Assembly (NCBI GenBank): GCA_039698055.1
Contig: JBDKTL010000033.1
Location: forward strand, 1-26,605
Direction: 5' to 3'
DNA: 26,605 nt
Source of the DNA: Methanoregula sp.
GTDB lineage: Archaea; Halobacteriota; Methanomicrobia; Methanomicrobiales; Methanospirillaceae
Shown here one piece after another: positions 8,766 through 19,168 of this stretch; positions within the stretch are counted from its first letter, which is position 1, and each line of letters begins with the position of its first letter. The notes beneath the pieces are model-generated. The model was not told the DNA's origin. It searched no databases and was given only the letters and a program-made list of their open reading frames with translations. A program made the translations under genes and the position numbers.

Positions 8766-10076
8766 ATGATAAAAAAAATACTGCCCTGCATCATTCTTGC
8801 CATGCTCGCGATGATCGTCCTGTTGAGTGCGGGATGCATCGGCGGGGATTATGTCGCCAACCGGGATATTGTCATCATCAGGCTGGGTCCGGACGGGGCG
8901 ACGGAATGGACACGATCCATCGATACAGGATATGACGATTCCGCAAGCGACTTTATCCAGACCGCAGACGGGGGGTTCCTGATCGGTGCGCAGAACACCA
9001 GCGGGCGGTACGGCCCGTCCCATTCCCGGCTGCTCCGGCTCTCAGCGGACGGGCAGGATCTTCGGGTGTATCCGCTCGCACAAAATTATGGCGAACTGAC
9101 ATCGCTGATCCAGACCCGGGACGGGGGGTTTGCCGCCATAGCCCGGGAAGGAGAGGTCATCCGGGCCGGGCCTTTTGGAACCCTGCTCTGGGAGACCAGC
9201 ACCGGCCTCACCAGTGCGATGACCATCCTTGAAACGGCCGGGGGGAGCATCGCTGTTGCCGGTGTCCAGCAGGATTCAATCCCGTTTGGTCAGGTGCCGG
9301 TCTACGATCAAAACGGTACCGTCTCTTCACGGCCACCGTTGCCCGGTGAGGTGCAGGTCACTCCCGGCTGCCACGAGACCCATATCCCGGCGGGCGACCG
9401 GCAGATTGCGGTAACAGAATGCACGGTTCCCGTCGATCTGATCCAGCAGGCCGCGGTCGTTGTCCTTGATGCCGGGGGAAACCTGTCGTGGAAAAAATCC
9501 TATGGGGCCACCGGCACGACCAGTGCGTGGTCGATGAAAGAGGCGCCTGACGGTAAAGGATTCCTCGTGGTGGGATTTGAGACCCTGCGAAATGAGGGGG
9601 TGAACCGGACAAATTATATTGTTGCGCTCGATCTCGAAAGGAACGGGACGGTCCTGCACGCAACACGGTTTGACCGGATCGAATATTTCACCGCCGCTCA
9701 TATCCGCACGGCGCCCGGGGGGTATGACATCCTGTACACGAATACGACCATTGAGGATGGGCATTATGCAAACCGGCCCGCACAGGTCCATTTCGATGCC
9801 GGGACCGGGAACGTTACCTTCAACCATCTTCTCGATTCGGGTGTTGTGGTGACATGGACCGGGGACGGGGGGTATTTTACCGCGGGTTTTGACGGGTACA
9901 GCGAGGATGTCTACGCCAGGTCAGACACGCACCGGCTCCATGCGGTGTACCTCAATCCTGACGGGAGCCGGGCATGGGACCGGGAGATCCCCGGGGTTAC
10001 GGTCAATTATATAGAGAAAGTGATCCAGACGTCCGATGGCGGGTACGCAATCCTTGCCCTGAAGGAAAATTACTGA
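8766..10076 (+). CDS. Secreted lipoprotein with beta-propeller-like QTxDGG repeats
   Basis: MIKK, a hydrophobic stretch and an LSAGC lipobox from ATG 8766. Repeated QTADGGF / QTRDGGF / QTSDGGY. Confidence 0.8.
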   Translation: MIKKILPCIILAMLAMIVLLSAGCIGGDYVANRDIVIIRLGPDGATEWTRSIDTGYDDSASDFIQTADGGFLIGAQNTSGRYGPSHSRLLRLSADGQDLRVYPLAQNYGELTSLIQTRDGGFAAIAREGEVIRAGPFGTLLWETSTGLTSAMTILETAGGSIAVAGVQQDSIPFGQVPVYDQNGTVSSRPPLPGEVQVTPGCHETHIPAGDRQIAVTECTVPVDLIQQAAVVVLDAGGNLSWKKSYGATGTTSAWSMKEAPDGKGFLVVGFETLRNEGVNRTNYIVALDLERNGTVLHATRFDRIEYFTAAHIRTAPGGYDILYTNTTIEDGHYANRPAQVHFDAGTGNVTFNHLLDSGVVVTWTGDGGYFTAGFDGYSEDVYARSDTHRLHAVYLNPDGSRAWDREIPGVTVNYIEKVIQTSDGGYAILALKENY

Positions 10077-10397
10077 ATGGTTACCGGGTCCGGTGATAGT
10101 AAAAAATAACCCGGCCGGCCTGCACGAGAACGGGACGCATAAGGCGGGGGCACGTTTCGTCCTGATGCGTCTTTGTGCTGATGACGAAAATTTTTTTACC
10201 GGTTTCCCATGCAGCCATCGCTCCCCGATCCGGTTGCCGGGATTTTCATGCCGGCACGCAGCCCGGGATCTTTTTTTTTTAATTCCATGAGTTCAGGGCA
10301 CCGGCTCTCCACAGGTACAGCCGGCCCGTGGCGGTGCTCATCCCTGCATGAATACACCGGCTCGTACGCTGTGCGGGAAAAATGATAAATACAATTA

Positions 10398-10432
10398 ATC
10401 ATACAAATATGATAAGTATGAAAAATATGAAA
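10398..10432. promoter_or_regulatory. Putative operator upstream of the AbrB-like gene
   Basis: Three tandem 9-mers AATATGATA / AGTATGAAA / AATATGAAA (10406-10432) and an ATCATA-N4-TATGAT palindrome. Confidence 0.5.
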
Positions 10433-10459
10433 TGTGGGGTAGATGATCTGGTGAGCGAT

Positions 10460-10690
10460 ATGATTGCGCCGCGAGAGGAGAAGACCAAGCACCTGTTTGG
10501 CAGTGTAAAAGTCGGCGAGCGCGGGCAGGTTGTCATCCCCAAGGAAGCCCGGGATATCTTCGACATCAAGCAGGGAGACATCCTGCTCGTCCTTGGCGAT
10601 ACTGAACGCGGGATTGCGCTCGTGAAAGCAGATACGATCCAGGAATTCGCCCGGAAAATCCTTGACAGTACAAGCAGGCCGGACGAATAA
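10460..10690 (+). CDS. AbrB/MazE/SpoVT family DNA-binding protein
   Basis: GSVKVGERGQVVIPKEARDIFDIKQGD motif. Start placed at ATG 10460. Confidence 0.9.
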   Translation: MIAPREEKTKHLFGSVKVGERGQVVIPKEARDIFDIKQGDILLVLGDTERGIALVKADTIQEFARKILDSTSRPDE

Positions 10691-10709
10691 TACCGGAACG
10701 GGGATTGTC

Positions 10710-12080
10710 ATGAAAATTGTTGTACTCAACGGAAGCCCGAAAGGCGACATCAGTGTCACGATGCAGTACGTGGCATATATCCGGAAGAAATTTCCGGACC
10801 ATGCCTATGAAATCCTGAATGTGGCGCGGGACATAAAGAAGATCGAGAAGGATGGCGCAGCCTGGGAAAAAATTATCGGCAGTATGCGATCGGCAGACCT
10901 CATCATCTGGTCATTTCCGCTCTATTACATGGTCGTCTGTGCCCAGTACAAGCGGTTTATCGAACTTCTCTTCGAGAGGAACGCACAGGATGCCTGTGCC
11001 GGGAAATATGCCGCATCACTCTCAACGTCCATTCACTTCTTCGACCAGACCGCTCACGCGTACATCCACGAGATCAGCGACGATCTCCGGATGAAGTATC
11101 TCGGGTTCTATTCTGCGGAGATGCACGATCTCCTCAAGGTGGAGGAAAGAAGCCGGCTGGAAAAATTTGCCGCCCTCCTTATCACCGCAGTACAGGAAAA
11201 GATGCCGGTCCAGCGGGAGAACCCGCCGATCGTCCGGCAGACCTTCGCGTATGTTCCGGGAACAGAACCTACAACGATCGCGACCGGCACAAAAAAGGTC
11301 GTCATTCTCACGGACGATGACGGCAGTTCGCCCAACCTCGCGGCAATGACCGGCCGGCTCAGGGAAAGTTTTTCCGGCTCTGTTGAAACGATCAATCTCC
11401 ACGATCTGGATATCCGGGGAGGGTGCCTTGGCTGCTGCCAGTGCGGCTATGACAACACCTGTGTATATACCGACGGGTACGTGGACTTTTTCAAAAACAG
11501 GCTGGTGCCTGCGGATATCATTATCATGGCAGGTTCGGTGCACGACCGGTACCTCTCGTCAGCATGGAAGCAGTTTTTTGACCGGAGTTTTTTCAAAGGG
11601 CATACCCCCGGACTTACCGGTAAACAGGTTGGCTTTGTGATCGCCGGCCCCTTTAACCAGTGCCGGGCCCTCAAAGAAGCGCTCCCGGCATGGGTGGACA
11701 ACAGCGGCTGTCGTGCGCTGTTTGTAACTGACGAGGTCGGGGAATCAGGTGAGATCGATGCCCTGCTCGATGCAATGGCAGAATGTCTCGTACAGGGTGC
11801 CAAGGCCGGGTACATTCCCCCGCACACGTTCTACGCGGTCGGCGGCCACAAGATTTTCCGGGACAGTATTTACGGGGGGATGAGACTTGCATTCCAAGCA
11901 GATTACCGGTATTACCGGGAGCATGGGATGTTTGATTTCCCGCACGCAGATTTTAAGACCCGGTTATTCAATGTGGTCTTTATCCCGCTGACAAAAATTC
12001 CCGGTTTCCGCAAAAAACTGTTTGCCGATATGAAAAAGCACATGATAGAACCCTACGAACCCGTGCTCAGGAACGCGTGA
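10710..12080 (+). CDS. NAD(P)H-dependent FMN oxidoreductase with two flavodoxin-like domains (second is iron-sulfur flavoprotein-like)
   Basis: MKIVVLNGSPKG start and FPLY motif. The second domain carries CLGCCQCGYDNTC (CxxCxxCx5C). Confidence 0.85.
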   Translation: MKIVVLNGSPKGDISVTMQYVAYIRKKFPDHAYEILNVARDIKKIEKDGAAWEKIIGSMRSADLIIWSFPLYYMVVCAQYKRFIELLFERNAQDACAGKYAASLSTSIHFFDQTAHAYIHEISDDLRMKYLGFYSAEMHDLLKVEERSRLEKFAALLITAVQEKMPVQRENPPIVRQTFAYVPGTEPTTIATGTKKVVILTDDDGSSPNLAAMTGRLRESFSGSVETINLHDLDIRGGCLGCCQCGYDNTCVYTDGYVDFFKNRLVPADIIIMAGSVHDRYLSSAWKQFFDRSFFKGHTPGLTGKQVGFVIAGPFNQCRALKEALPAWVDNSGCRALFVTDEVGESGEIDALLDAMAECLVQGAKAGYIPPHTFYAVGGHKIFRDSIYGGMRLAFQADYRYYREHGMFDFPHADFKTRLFNVVFIPLTKIPGFRKKLFADMKKHMIEPYEPVLRNA

Positions 12081-12105
12081 ATATTTTTTTGGGAGTACCA
12101 GGTTC

Positions 12106-12681
12106 ATGAAAATTACCGGCATTCTCCCGGGGTTTCTCCCGTTGATCGTCTATGGGGTTCTTGCAGGGAGTTCTGTATCGAGCGTGATCATCGCACTATG
12201 TGCGGCAGCGATTGTCACGGTTCTTGCCGGTTTTGCCGATCTCAAAAAGGGCATGATTCTTGCCTGGACAAATCTTGTGCTGTTCTGCTCCCTGTTCGTT
12301 GCGACCGGGCTGCTGGGCATGACCGGGATAATTCCCGGTATGGGAATTATTATCTATGCAGTACTTGCAGCAGTCACGTTTGGATCGATTGTCGGGAGAA
12401 TGCCGTTCACCCTGCAGTATGCACGGGAAATGGTGGACCGGGCGCTCTGGGATAACCCGGCATTTGTCCGGGTGAATATCCTGATGACCGGTGTCTGGGG
12501 CGGGGTCTTTTCAATAAATCTCCTGCTGGACTGCATCGCGCTGGCAGAACCGGAACTGGCACGGGGGGTTATCCTGCCGGTCACCTATGTCGTTCTTGCG
12601 GCCGGAATTATTTTTACCATCTGGTACCCGGGACATATCCAAAAAAAACATTTGCAGGTGCCCGCTCCCGGCAGTAAATGA
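12106..12681 (+). CDS. Membrane protein, hypothetical
   Basis: About 6 hydrophobic segments and a PFTLQYARE motif. Starts 25 bp after the preceding gene. Confidence 0.8.
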   Translation: MKITGILPGFLPLIVYGVLAGSSVSSVIIALCAAAIVTVLAGFADLKKGMILAWTNLVLFCSLFVATGLLGMTGIIPGMGIIIYAVLAAVTFGSIVGRMPFTLQYAREMVDRALWDNPAFVRVNILMTGVWGGVFSINLLLDCIALAEPELARGVILPVTYVVLAAGIIFTIWYPGHIQKKHLQVPAPGSK

Positions 12682-12972
12682 TACATAAATATTTTTTTTT
12701 ATGGCGAATCGGGTCGTTATCCCACGGGCCCCCACTCAACCCAATCCGGGCGCTTTGATAAAAAAACTGGCGAGACATCATGACGTAAAACCCCCCGGGG
12801 CGGAAAACGCGATATCCCGATCCCCGTCCTCCATTAAATCCCGCGTGAGCCCGGAGCCCCCGGCCATTTTTTTTTAAAGAGCCACACCCAAGCCACAACG
12901 AGAGCCCATTAGCCTTACGAAAAAAAAAATCCCACGCCCCGGAAAAAATAGGGGCTGGATGTGGGGAATTCG

Positions 12973-13992
12973 TCAGAGCGCAAGAGACACAAAGAGCAGG
13001 AAATACAGGGCGATGGAGAGCGGGGGGATGACCCGTATCGACCAGAAATTGATCGTTTCAACCCGGGCGGTCTCGCCGGATTCCGTGAATTTCAGGATAA
13101 GGATACCGGAAAGAAGCACCATGACCAGCGTCGCGTACGTGATGATCATGAACAGGTCAAGGAAGGTCGCATAGGCTACGGCCGGGATATCGTCAGCGAT
13201 GCGCCAGTGGATGAGCACGGCAGCAAGAAACATCGAGGCGTTCAGGCCAAGCCGGGAGGTGCTTTTCATCAGCAGCGACGAGAGCGAGACGATGATGATG
13301 AGCATGAGCGGGAGGAAGAATTTCAGGATTGTTGACGTGACATCCCGTTCGATGCCGTAATCAAAGATTACCCGGGAGTAGGGGATCTCGTTTGCGACAT
13401 ACGAGCTGTTCGTGACAAACGACCGGGTGCCGGTAAATTTCCACCCGGGGAGGTCTGCCTCGGGACTGATGCTGCTTGTTGCCGGGTCCGCGACAAGAGT
13501 CATCTCCTGCATATTTTTAATTTTTGGCTCCATCTTAACCGAGAGGGTATCCCGGTCAAAAGGGTAGCGGCTGAGGTCGGGTTCGGCGGTCAGGACGGCA
13601 ACAATCCGGTACTCTTTTTTCGTTGGGGTGTCGATAACCGGGCTGACCGATGTGATCATCCCGTTCATCAGTTCAAAATCATCAATCGATACGGGAGAGC
13701 CGGATGAGAGGTCAAGGTAATAATCAGCCCCGACCGTACCGGCGGTTACGTCAAACCGGTTGAAGTCAACAACATAGATGGTGACATTGACGATTTGGGG
13801 GCCGGTTGCGGCGGATTGCCCGGACAGGTCCGGGCCTGCCCCGGCAGAAGCGGGAACCGCGATCAGGATGATGGCGATGGCGACAAACAGGAAATACCGG
13901 GTGAGACTGCCGGGCCCTGCACACGACCGGCCTCCGGCACGCCCGGTTTTGCACCCCGGGTTTTGCCGGTGACAGATGCTCTCCACACTCAT
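12973..13992 (-). CDS. Prokaryotic pentameric ligand-gated ion channel (GLIC/ELIC-like) homologue
   Basis: Signal-like segment, then a beta-rich ectodomain with the Pro-loop DLSRYPFDRDTL and pre-M1 IER. M1 is FFLPLMLII, the M2-M3 loop is IPAVAYATFLD, and there are four TM helices. Confidence 0.8.
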   Translation of the reverse strand: MSVESICHRQNPGCKTGRAGGRSCAGPGSLTRYFLFVAIAIILIAVPASAGAGPDLSGQSAATGPQIVNVTIYVVDFNRFDVTAGTVGADYYLDLSSGSPVSIDDFELMNGMITSVSPVIDTPTKKEYRIVAVLTAEPDLSRYPFDRDTLSVKMEPKIKNMQEMTLVADPATSSISPEADLPGWKFTGTRSFVTNSSYVANEIPYSRVIFDYGIERDVTSTILKFFLPLMLIIIVSLSSLLMKSTSRLGLNASMFLAAVLIHWRIADDIPAVAYATFLDLFMIITYATLVMVLLSGILILKFTESGETARVETINFWSIRVIPPLSIALYFLLFVSLAL

Positions 13993-14288
13993 ATAAAAAA
14001 ATAGGTGCGGGGGTATATAATGGAAGGCATCTTTTCTCCTCCCGCCGGCTCCACCGGGTACAAGTTATCGCCCGGGGGATCGGACGCGGGAGTTTTTCGT
14101 TCAGGTCGTACACGAAAAACAGTACTCCCTGCCCGTTTGCCCGTATATTCCGGGTCTGCCGGTCGTGGAGTTCGTGGCCGGTACGGGGACAAGTACAGCT
14201 GAAGCAGCCCATAAAAAACCAGTAACAACGGTGCCAAAAAATAAAATGTGAGGGAAGTTTCCTGATGATATAGCCGCTTGTAGACGTT

Positions 14289-14984
14289 TTAGGCCGGGAG
14301 CCTGCGGTTCTTCCAGAGTGTGTGCATCTCGTAGATCACCAGCAGGAGCAGAGTAACTGCCGCCGCAATGATAAGAGCCGGTATGACGCTGTTACCGGCC
14401 AGCATTGATGCCGGCGCAACAGAACCGGGATGGATGGACCCCGAAATCTGCAGGGGAACGGACGGCAACCGGAAAAACGGCTGGATGAGTGCACCACAGA
14501 ATACGATCGCAAAGATCCCAAGAGCGGCGCAGTATTTCATCAGGGTCCGCTGGACGTCCGCGATGCTGTTCATGTTGGGAGCGACGATAAAAACCTGGTT
14601 TTTCAGCCGGTAGATCTTGACTTTTTTCCCTTTTACACTGTAGCGCGTATTGGAGATCTCAAGAATGCCGGCATGCATCAGGTTTTCAATATGGTATTTT
14701 GCCGCGTTGATGGACATGTCAAGCCGCTGTGCAATATCGGACAGCCGAAGCGGCCCTTCAAGGGAAAGGAGCTGGACGACCTCACCGGCGTTCTGGTTGG
14801 ATATCGCCTTGACAATATTCTGGGCTTTTTCCTGCCCCGGCTCAAGAAAGATTACCTCATCGGTCATCATGAGCGACTTTTCAGCTGACAGGCCCCGGCC
14901 GCTGCCGTCACCACATCCGTTCATGCCAGACTCATAATCCGTTGTCCGCCGGATAACTCCTCCGCCGTCATGTACGTCTTCCAT
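14289..14984 (-). CDS. ArsR-type wHTH regulator with two C-terminal TM helices
   Basis: KAISNQNA...LRLSDIAQRLDMSINAAKYHIENL...RYSVKGKKVKIY, then two hydrophobic helices. The start may be near 14870. Confidence 0.85.
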   Translation of the reverse strand: MEDVHDGGGVIRRTTDYESGMNGCGDGSGRGLSAEKSLMMTDEVIFLEPGQEKAQNIVKAISNQNAGEVVQLLSLEGPLRLSDIAQRLDMSINAAKYHIENLMHAGILEISNTRYSVKGKKVKIYRLKNQVFIVAPNMNSIADVQRTLMKYCAALGIFAIVFCGALIQPFFRLPSVPLQISGSIHPGSVAPASMLAGNSVIPALIIAAAVTLLLLVIYEMHTLWKNRRLPA

Positions 14985-15320
14985 GAGACACCTCCGTGGT
15001 TATTGGTTCGTGTACCCCGGTTGTTTCCGGCAGATTCCGTTCCTCTGCCGGGCACCGGGATTTATTGCATGATCCGGGCAGCTGCCCCGGTATCACCATT
15101 ACACTCTGCACTCTATTTTTATTTCTTGCTGGTTCGCCATAAATAGCCGCTGATAACTGAAAAAATAATTTCACTCATCTTCCCAAAGGTTTCGCATCAT
15201 GTATCCCCGGCCTTATTACCTTTAAAAAACCGGATAGATGTACACGAGATCTGCCGGCCTCGTTCCCCCGGGTTTCCGCATTACCGGGGACGGGGCCGGC
15301 CGGTGAATGGAGACCTGCAC

Positions 15321-15986
15321 ATGGAGATTGTCCTTATAATTGCCTACTTCCTGCCGATTCTCTTTCTTATGGCATTTATCGGGCACGAAGGAAAAAAATT
15401 CCTGGTATGGCTCCTCTGGGGATTTCTCGCATCCATTCCCGTCATCATCCTGTACCCGGTTGTCACCCATGCCCTGCCTGCCCTCTGGTATCCCTACCTG
15501 ACCGTATCCCCGGTTCTCGAAGAATTTTTCAAGGCGCTGCCGATCGTCATTTCCGCAGTCATCGGCATAAAAAACAGCGATCGGAACCTGCTTGCCTGTG
15601 CGATGGCTTCCGGGATCGGGTTTTCCATCGTTGAAACGTGGCTGGTCATCGATCCTGCCATGCTCCAGCTCACGCTCGGGAATGTCATGAGCGTTCTTGC
15701 CCGGTCGTTTTCAACCTCGCTCATGCACGGGTGCACGACCGGGATCATCGGGTATGGCATTGTCATAACCCGGAATTTTGACCGGGGGGCGCTTCCTGCC
15801 CTCGTGTTCGGGTTTTATACCCTTGCCGTGACCACCCACGCGATGTACAACCTTTTATCGGTATACTACGGCGAGATGGGGATCATCATCGACATCATCT
15901 TCCCGGTGGTCTTCTTCTTTTTCCTGCTCGCCTGCTACCATGTGGATCTCCCGGGCCTCTTTAAAAAAAGGAGTCTGGCCTGGTAG
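15321..15986 (+). CDS. PrsW-family intramembrane glutamic/metalloprotease
   Basis: PVLEEFFK, GIGFSIVET, LMHG and THAMYN motifs in a multi-TM protein. Confidence 0.88.
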   Translation: MEIVLIIAYFLPILFLMAFIGHEGKKFLVWLLWGFLASIPVIILYPVVTHALPALWYPYLTVSPVLEEFFKALPIVISAVIGIKNSDRNLLACAMASGIGFSIVETWLVIDPAMLQLTLGNVMSVLARSFSTSLMHGCTTGIIGYGIVITRNFDRGALPALVFGFYTLAVTTHAMYNLLSVYYGEMGIIIDIIFPVVFFFFLLACYHVDLPGLFKKRSLAW

Positions 15987-16046
15987 GTGCCCGGGTGCCA
16001 TAAGGGTACGGCAGATTCGTGCAAATTTTTTTGTCGACAGGGCCGG

Positions 16047-16835
16047 TTAATCCGTGCGGGAATCAAGATACGTAAAAAGTCCCAGCAGGATCAAAAGAAA
16101 CGACAGGACATCGAGCGGACTGACAATATTCAGGAAATCGTACACGGAGAGCGGGTTTGCCGGCAGGGATATTACGACCATCCTCCACGCCTGCATGGTG
16201 CCAAGAGTTTCCCGGAGCACGTAGATAACCGACGCACAAATCCAGAGGCAGGTACCGGACCAGAGCAGGGGAAACCGGTAAACCGCGTGCACGAGCGCAC
16301 GATCCAGAAGCAGCGCCATGATCAGGACCTGGAACACCGCGAGCGTGGCTGCAAGAGTCAGGCCCGATAATCCAGGAACAAGGAGGGCCACGATCAAAAA
16401 AAGCCCCCACGCTGCGATCCTTAATCCCGCCGGGCAGGGTCGTTTGGGGAATTCCATCCGGAATGCGACGATAAAAAAGAACATGAAGCCTAAGAATCCC
16501 AGTTCGGACACGCTGAAGAATTCCTGTGCCCGGCCAAGAGCGACCGACGAAAGGTACCAGAATGTATTGGACAGGGCAAACCCGAGAAAGGCAAATGCGG
16601 CAAGGAGTAAAATGATCCGTTCCGACCAGCTGCGGTACGCGTACAGGCACCAGCCCATACAGAAAAGGGCAATGCCCCCCTCAAGAAAATTGCCGTAAAA
16701 CCGGTACGTATCCGGGGGGATAACAAAAAGGAGCGCCAGGAAAAATACCGTAAGCAGGACGACACCCCACACGAGCTGGTACACCCGGCCGGGAACACCA
16801 TCGTTGTGAGCAAGTCCTGCCGATCCCGCATTCAT
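16047..16835 (-). CDS. Polytopic membrane protein, hypothetical
   Basis: About 8 hydrophobic segments; no family recognised. Confidence 0.75.
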   Translation of the reverse strand: MNAGSAGLAHNDGVPGRVYQLVWGVVLLTVFFLALLFVIPPDTYRFYGNFLEGGIALFCMGWCLYAYRSWSERIILLLAAFAFLGFALSNTFWYLSSVALGRAQEFFSVSELGFLGFMFFFIVAFRMEFPKRPCPAGLRIAAWGLFLIVALLVPGLSGLTLAATLAVFQVLIMALLLDRALVHAVYRFPLLWSGTCLWICASVIYVLRETLGTMQAWRMVVISLPANPLSVYDFLNIVSPLDVLSFLLILLGLFTYLDSRTD

Positions 16836-16974
16836 CTGTTCTGAATAATTCTCCTGTGTCGGGTTTATAGGTACAGGTTCCGGAAGAATTTAAGAAATGA
16901 TTTGGAAAAAAACGGTATGGTGATGGACACTACTTAAAAAAAATTGCCTCTAAACCGGCCACACCACTTTTTTT

Positions 16975-18381
16975 TTAAAATCCCGCCGGGTCCTGTGCAT
17001 CCCAGCGGACTTTTGCCTTCTGCACCAGCAGCCACGCCGGGATCGCAAGGACAATGGCAGAAAGGGCAAAATACGGGTTTGCAAAGGCAGCCGCGGTGAA
17101 GACCGTGAGCGCGATACCCACAAAAACGAGGTACACAAAGAGCACCTTTACATCGTACACCAGCACGCTTGGGGAGAGCCCGCAGAGCCAGGCCATGACA
17201 CCGACCGCATAAAACGAGACCGAGATCGCGAGCACAACGGCCGGGACAAGATAGGCAATCTCCCCGGATAGGATCGCTACGACCGCGATAAATGCGCCCG
17301 GTATTACCTGGAGAACCGAGAACGTCGTGAGTTTGCTTGAGATCAGCGTGCTGACGGCCACCGGCAGGCAGGCGTACGGTCCAAACGAGTCAAACATCGT
17401 CACCCACGTGTACATCGTCGATGCAATCACGCCGGTGGTAATGGCGAATATGAAGAGCAGGCCGTGGGGCGGGAAGAACGAGCCTAACAGGGATAAGAAG
17501 AACCAGATCACCACGAGGGGGAGGAGGAACGAAAAGATTGCCTGGCCGATCATGCTCCCGCTCCGGTACAGGTCGATGGTGTCTTTGGCGGCGAGCGGGG
17601 GATTGGGCAAAAACGAGAACCGGTTCACCAGGGGCGCAAACGCGTCCTTGTAGATCTTCTCCGATCCCACGGATTCAGGATTGAAAAGAACAATCGCGAC
17701 GGCGAAAAGGAGAGCAAGCACGGCGCAGGAGACAAGCATGTTCACCCACGAGAACGCACTGTAGAGCAGCAGCGGCGGGAAGAAAAGCGCCGGGTTTGTA
17801 CCGGTCACTACAGCACAGCCTCCAATACCGAGGCCCAGAGCCAGCAGTACGACCAGGAGTAATGGCCGTGACCGGGCGTAGACTGCCGAGAGGAAGAAGA
17901 CCCCGCAGAGCCCGAAGAGGAACGCAAGGGTGAGCGTGAGGAGCAGGAGCAGGGCGCTTGCGAGCGGGACGCCCGTGAACGGCGAGGCGAGGATGTACCC
18001 GAGCCCAAGCGGCAGGACCCAGAGGAAGAAGTAATAGATGGTGTCCTTGACGACGAAATTTGTGAAGATGAACCGGTCGGAAAGCGGGAGGGACCGGGCA
18101 GAGTACGAGAGCAGACTTGCCTGGCCGAAGCGCCGGTTCATCATCTCGTTGCCCAGCAGGCCAAACCCCCCGACCATGATCCCGAGCATCAGGTAGTTTG
18201 CGTGGATGATGATCGTGAGGTCGCCGGCATGAAGCGTCGCCCGCATCAGGGGAACGAGAAATGCGCCCATGAACGCGATCCCGAAGATCATGACCGGGAA
18301 CATGGCAAACGAGAGGCTGCCAAACATCGTGGAGTGGACCCGCCATTCCTCCTTCATCATCGCTATGAAGAGCTCAAACAT
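16975..18381 (-). CDS. ABC transporter permease-like membrane protein
   Basis: Starts MFELFIAMMKEEWR and overlaps the ATPase stop. Many TM segments in two halves. Confidence 0.82.
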   Translation of the reverse strand: MFELFIAMMKEEWRVHSTMFGSLSFAMFPVMIFGIAFMGAFLVPLMRATLHAGDLTIIIHANYLMLGIMVGGFGLLGNEMMNRRFGQASLLSYSARSLPLSDRFIFTNFVVKDTIYYFFLWVLPLGLGYILASPFTGVPLASALLLLLTLTLAFLFGLCGVFFLSAVYARSRPLLLVVLLALGLGIGGCAVVTGTNPALFFPPLLLYSAFSWVNMLVSCAVLALLFAVAIVLFNPESVGSEKIYKDAFAPLVNRFSFLPNPPLAAKDTIDLYRSGSMIGQAIFSFLLPLVVIWFFLSLLGSFFPPHGLLFIFAITTGVIASTMYTWVTMFDSFGPYACLPVAVSTLISSKLTTFSVLQVIPGAFIAVVAILSGEIAYLVPAVVLAISVSFYAVGVMAWLCGLSPSVLVYDVKVLFVYLVFVGIALTVFTAAAFANPYFALSAIVLAIPAWLLVQKAKVRWDAQDPAGF

Positions 18382-19099
18382 GGCAATCCTTCCGGACAAG
18401 CGAGAGGAAGAACGAGGGCAGGTGCTCGCCCCGTGCGGTAAGTTCCGCGACAGGACCGGTATGGAGCAGCGTGCCCTTGTGGAGGATGGCAAATCCCGAA
18501 CAGATCTCTTCGGCTACTTCGAGAATATGGGTCGAGATAAAGATCGTCTTACCTTTTTTGACATACCCGGCAAGATAGTCCTTGACCAGATCCTGCATAA
18601 TCGGGTCGAAGTTTATCAGGGGCTCATCGATCAATGCGAGCCGTGGTTCGTGGATGAAGGCCTGCGTGAACATCAGTTTCTGGCGGGTGCCCCGCGAGAG
18701 ATCCTTGCAGAGCACGTTTTTCTTATCGGCAAAGTCGAGGAATTCAAACCACCAGTCCGCCTTTGTCTCAATGTCCGGGATCTTCCTGACCGCCGCAACG
18801 AACTCGAGGTATTCCTGCGCAGTGAGAAAACTTGGCGGGGTCTCCTGCTCAGGGATGATTCCCACCCGCTCCCGGACACCGACCGGGTCGGTTACTGCAT
18901 CTACGCCAAGAACGGTGGCCGTGCCACCGGTCGGCCGGGTCTGGCCGGTCAGCATCTTGATCATGGTGGTCTTGCCGGACCCGTTTGGCCCGAGAAGACC
19001 AAAGAGCGCTCCTTCCTCAATTGCGAGGTTCACGTGGTTTACGGCCTGTACATCGCCATACGTTTTTGTTAAATCCCGTGCTTCGATTACTGTTGTCAT
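18374..19099 (-). CDS. ABC transporter ATP-binding protein
   Basis: Walker A GPNGSGKTT, signature LSRGTRQK, Walker B ALIDEP, H-loop STH. Confidence 0.95.
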   Translation of the reverse strand: MTTVIEARDLTKTYGDVQAVNHVNLAIEEGALFGLLGPNGSGKTTMIKMLTGQTRPTGGTATVLGVDAVTDPVGVRERVGIIPEQETPPSFLTAQEYLEFVAAVRKIPDIETKADWWFEFLDFADKKNVLCKDLSRGTRQKLMFTQAFIHEPRLALIDEPLINFDPIMQDLVKDYLAGYVKKGKTIFISTHILEVAEEICSGFAILHKGTLLHTGPVAELTARGEHLPSFFLSLVRKDCHV

Positions 19100-19168
19100 T
19101 CCATCACTCCGTTAAAATCATTTGCTTTTCCTGGTGCGGCATCTCGTTGTTTTTGTCTCTTCTTTTCT

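Noticed and set aside
18680-18705. Non-canonical ABC signature LSRGT
   Set aside because: Common variation among ABC-2-type exporters. The other motifs are intact.
18269-19072. 267-aa plus-strand ORF
   Set aside because: Antisense shadow of the ABC ATPase.
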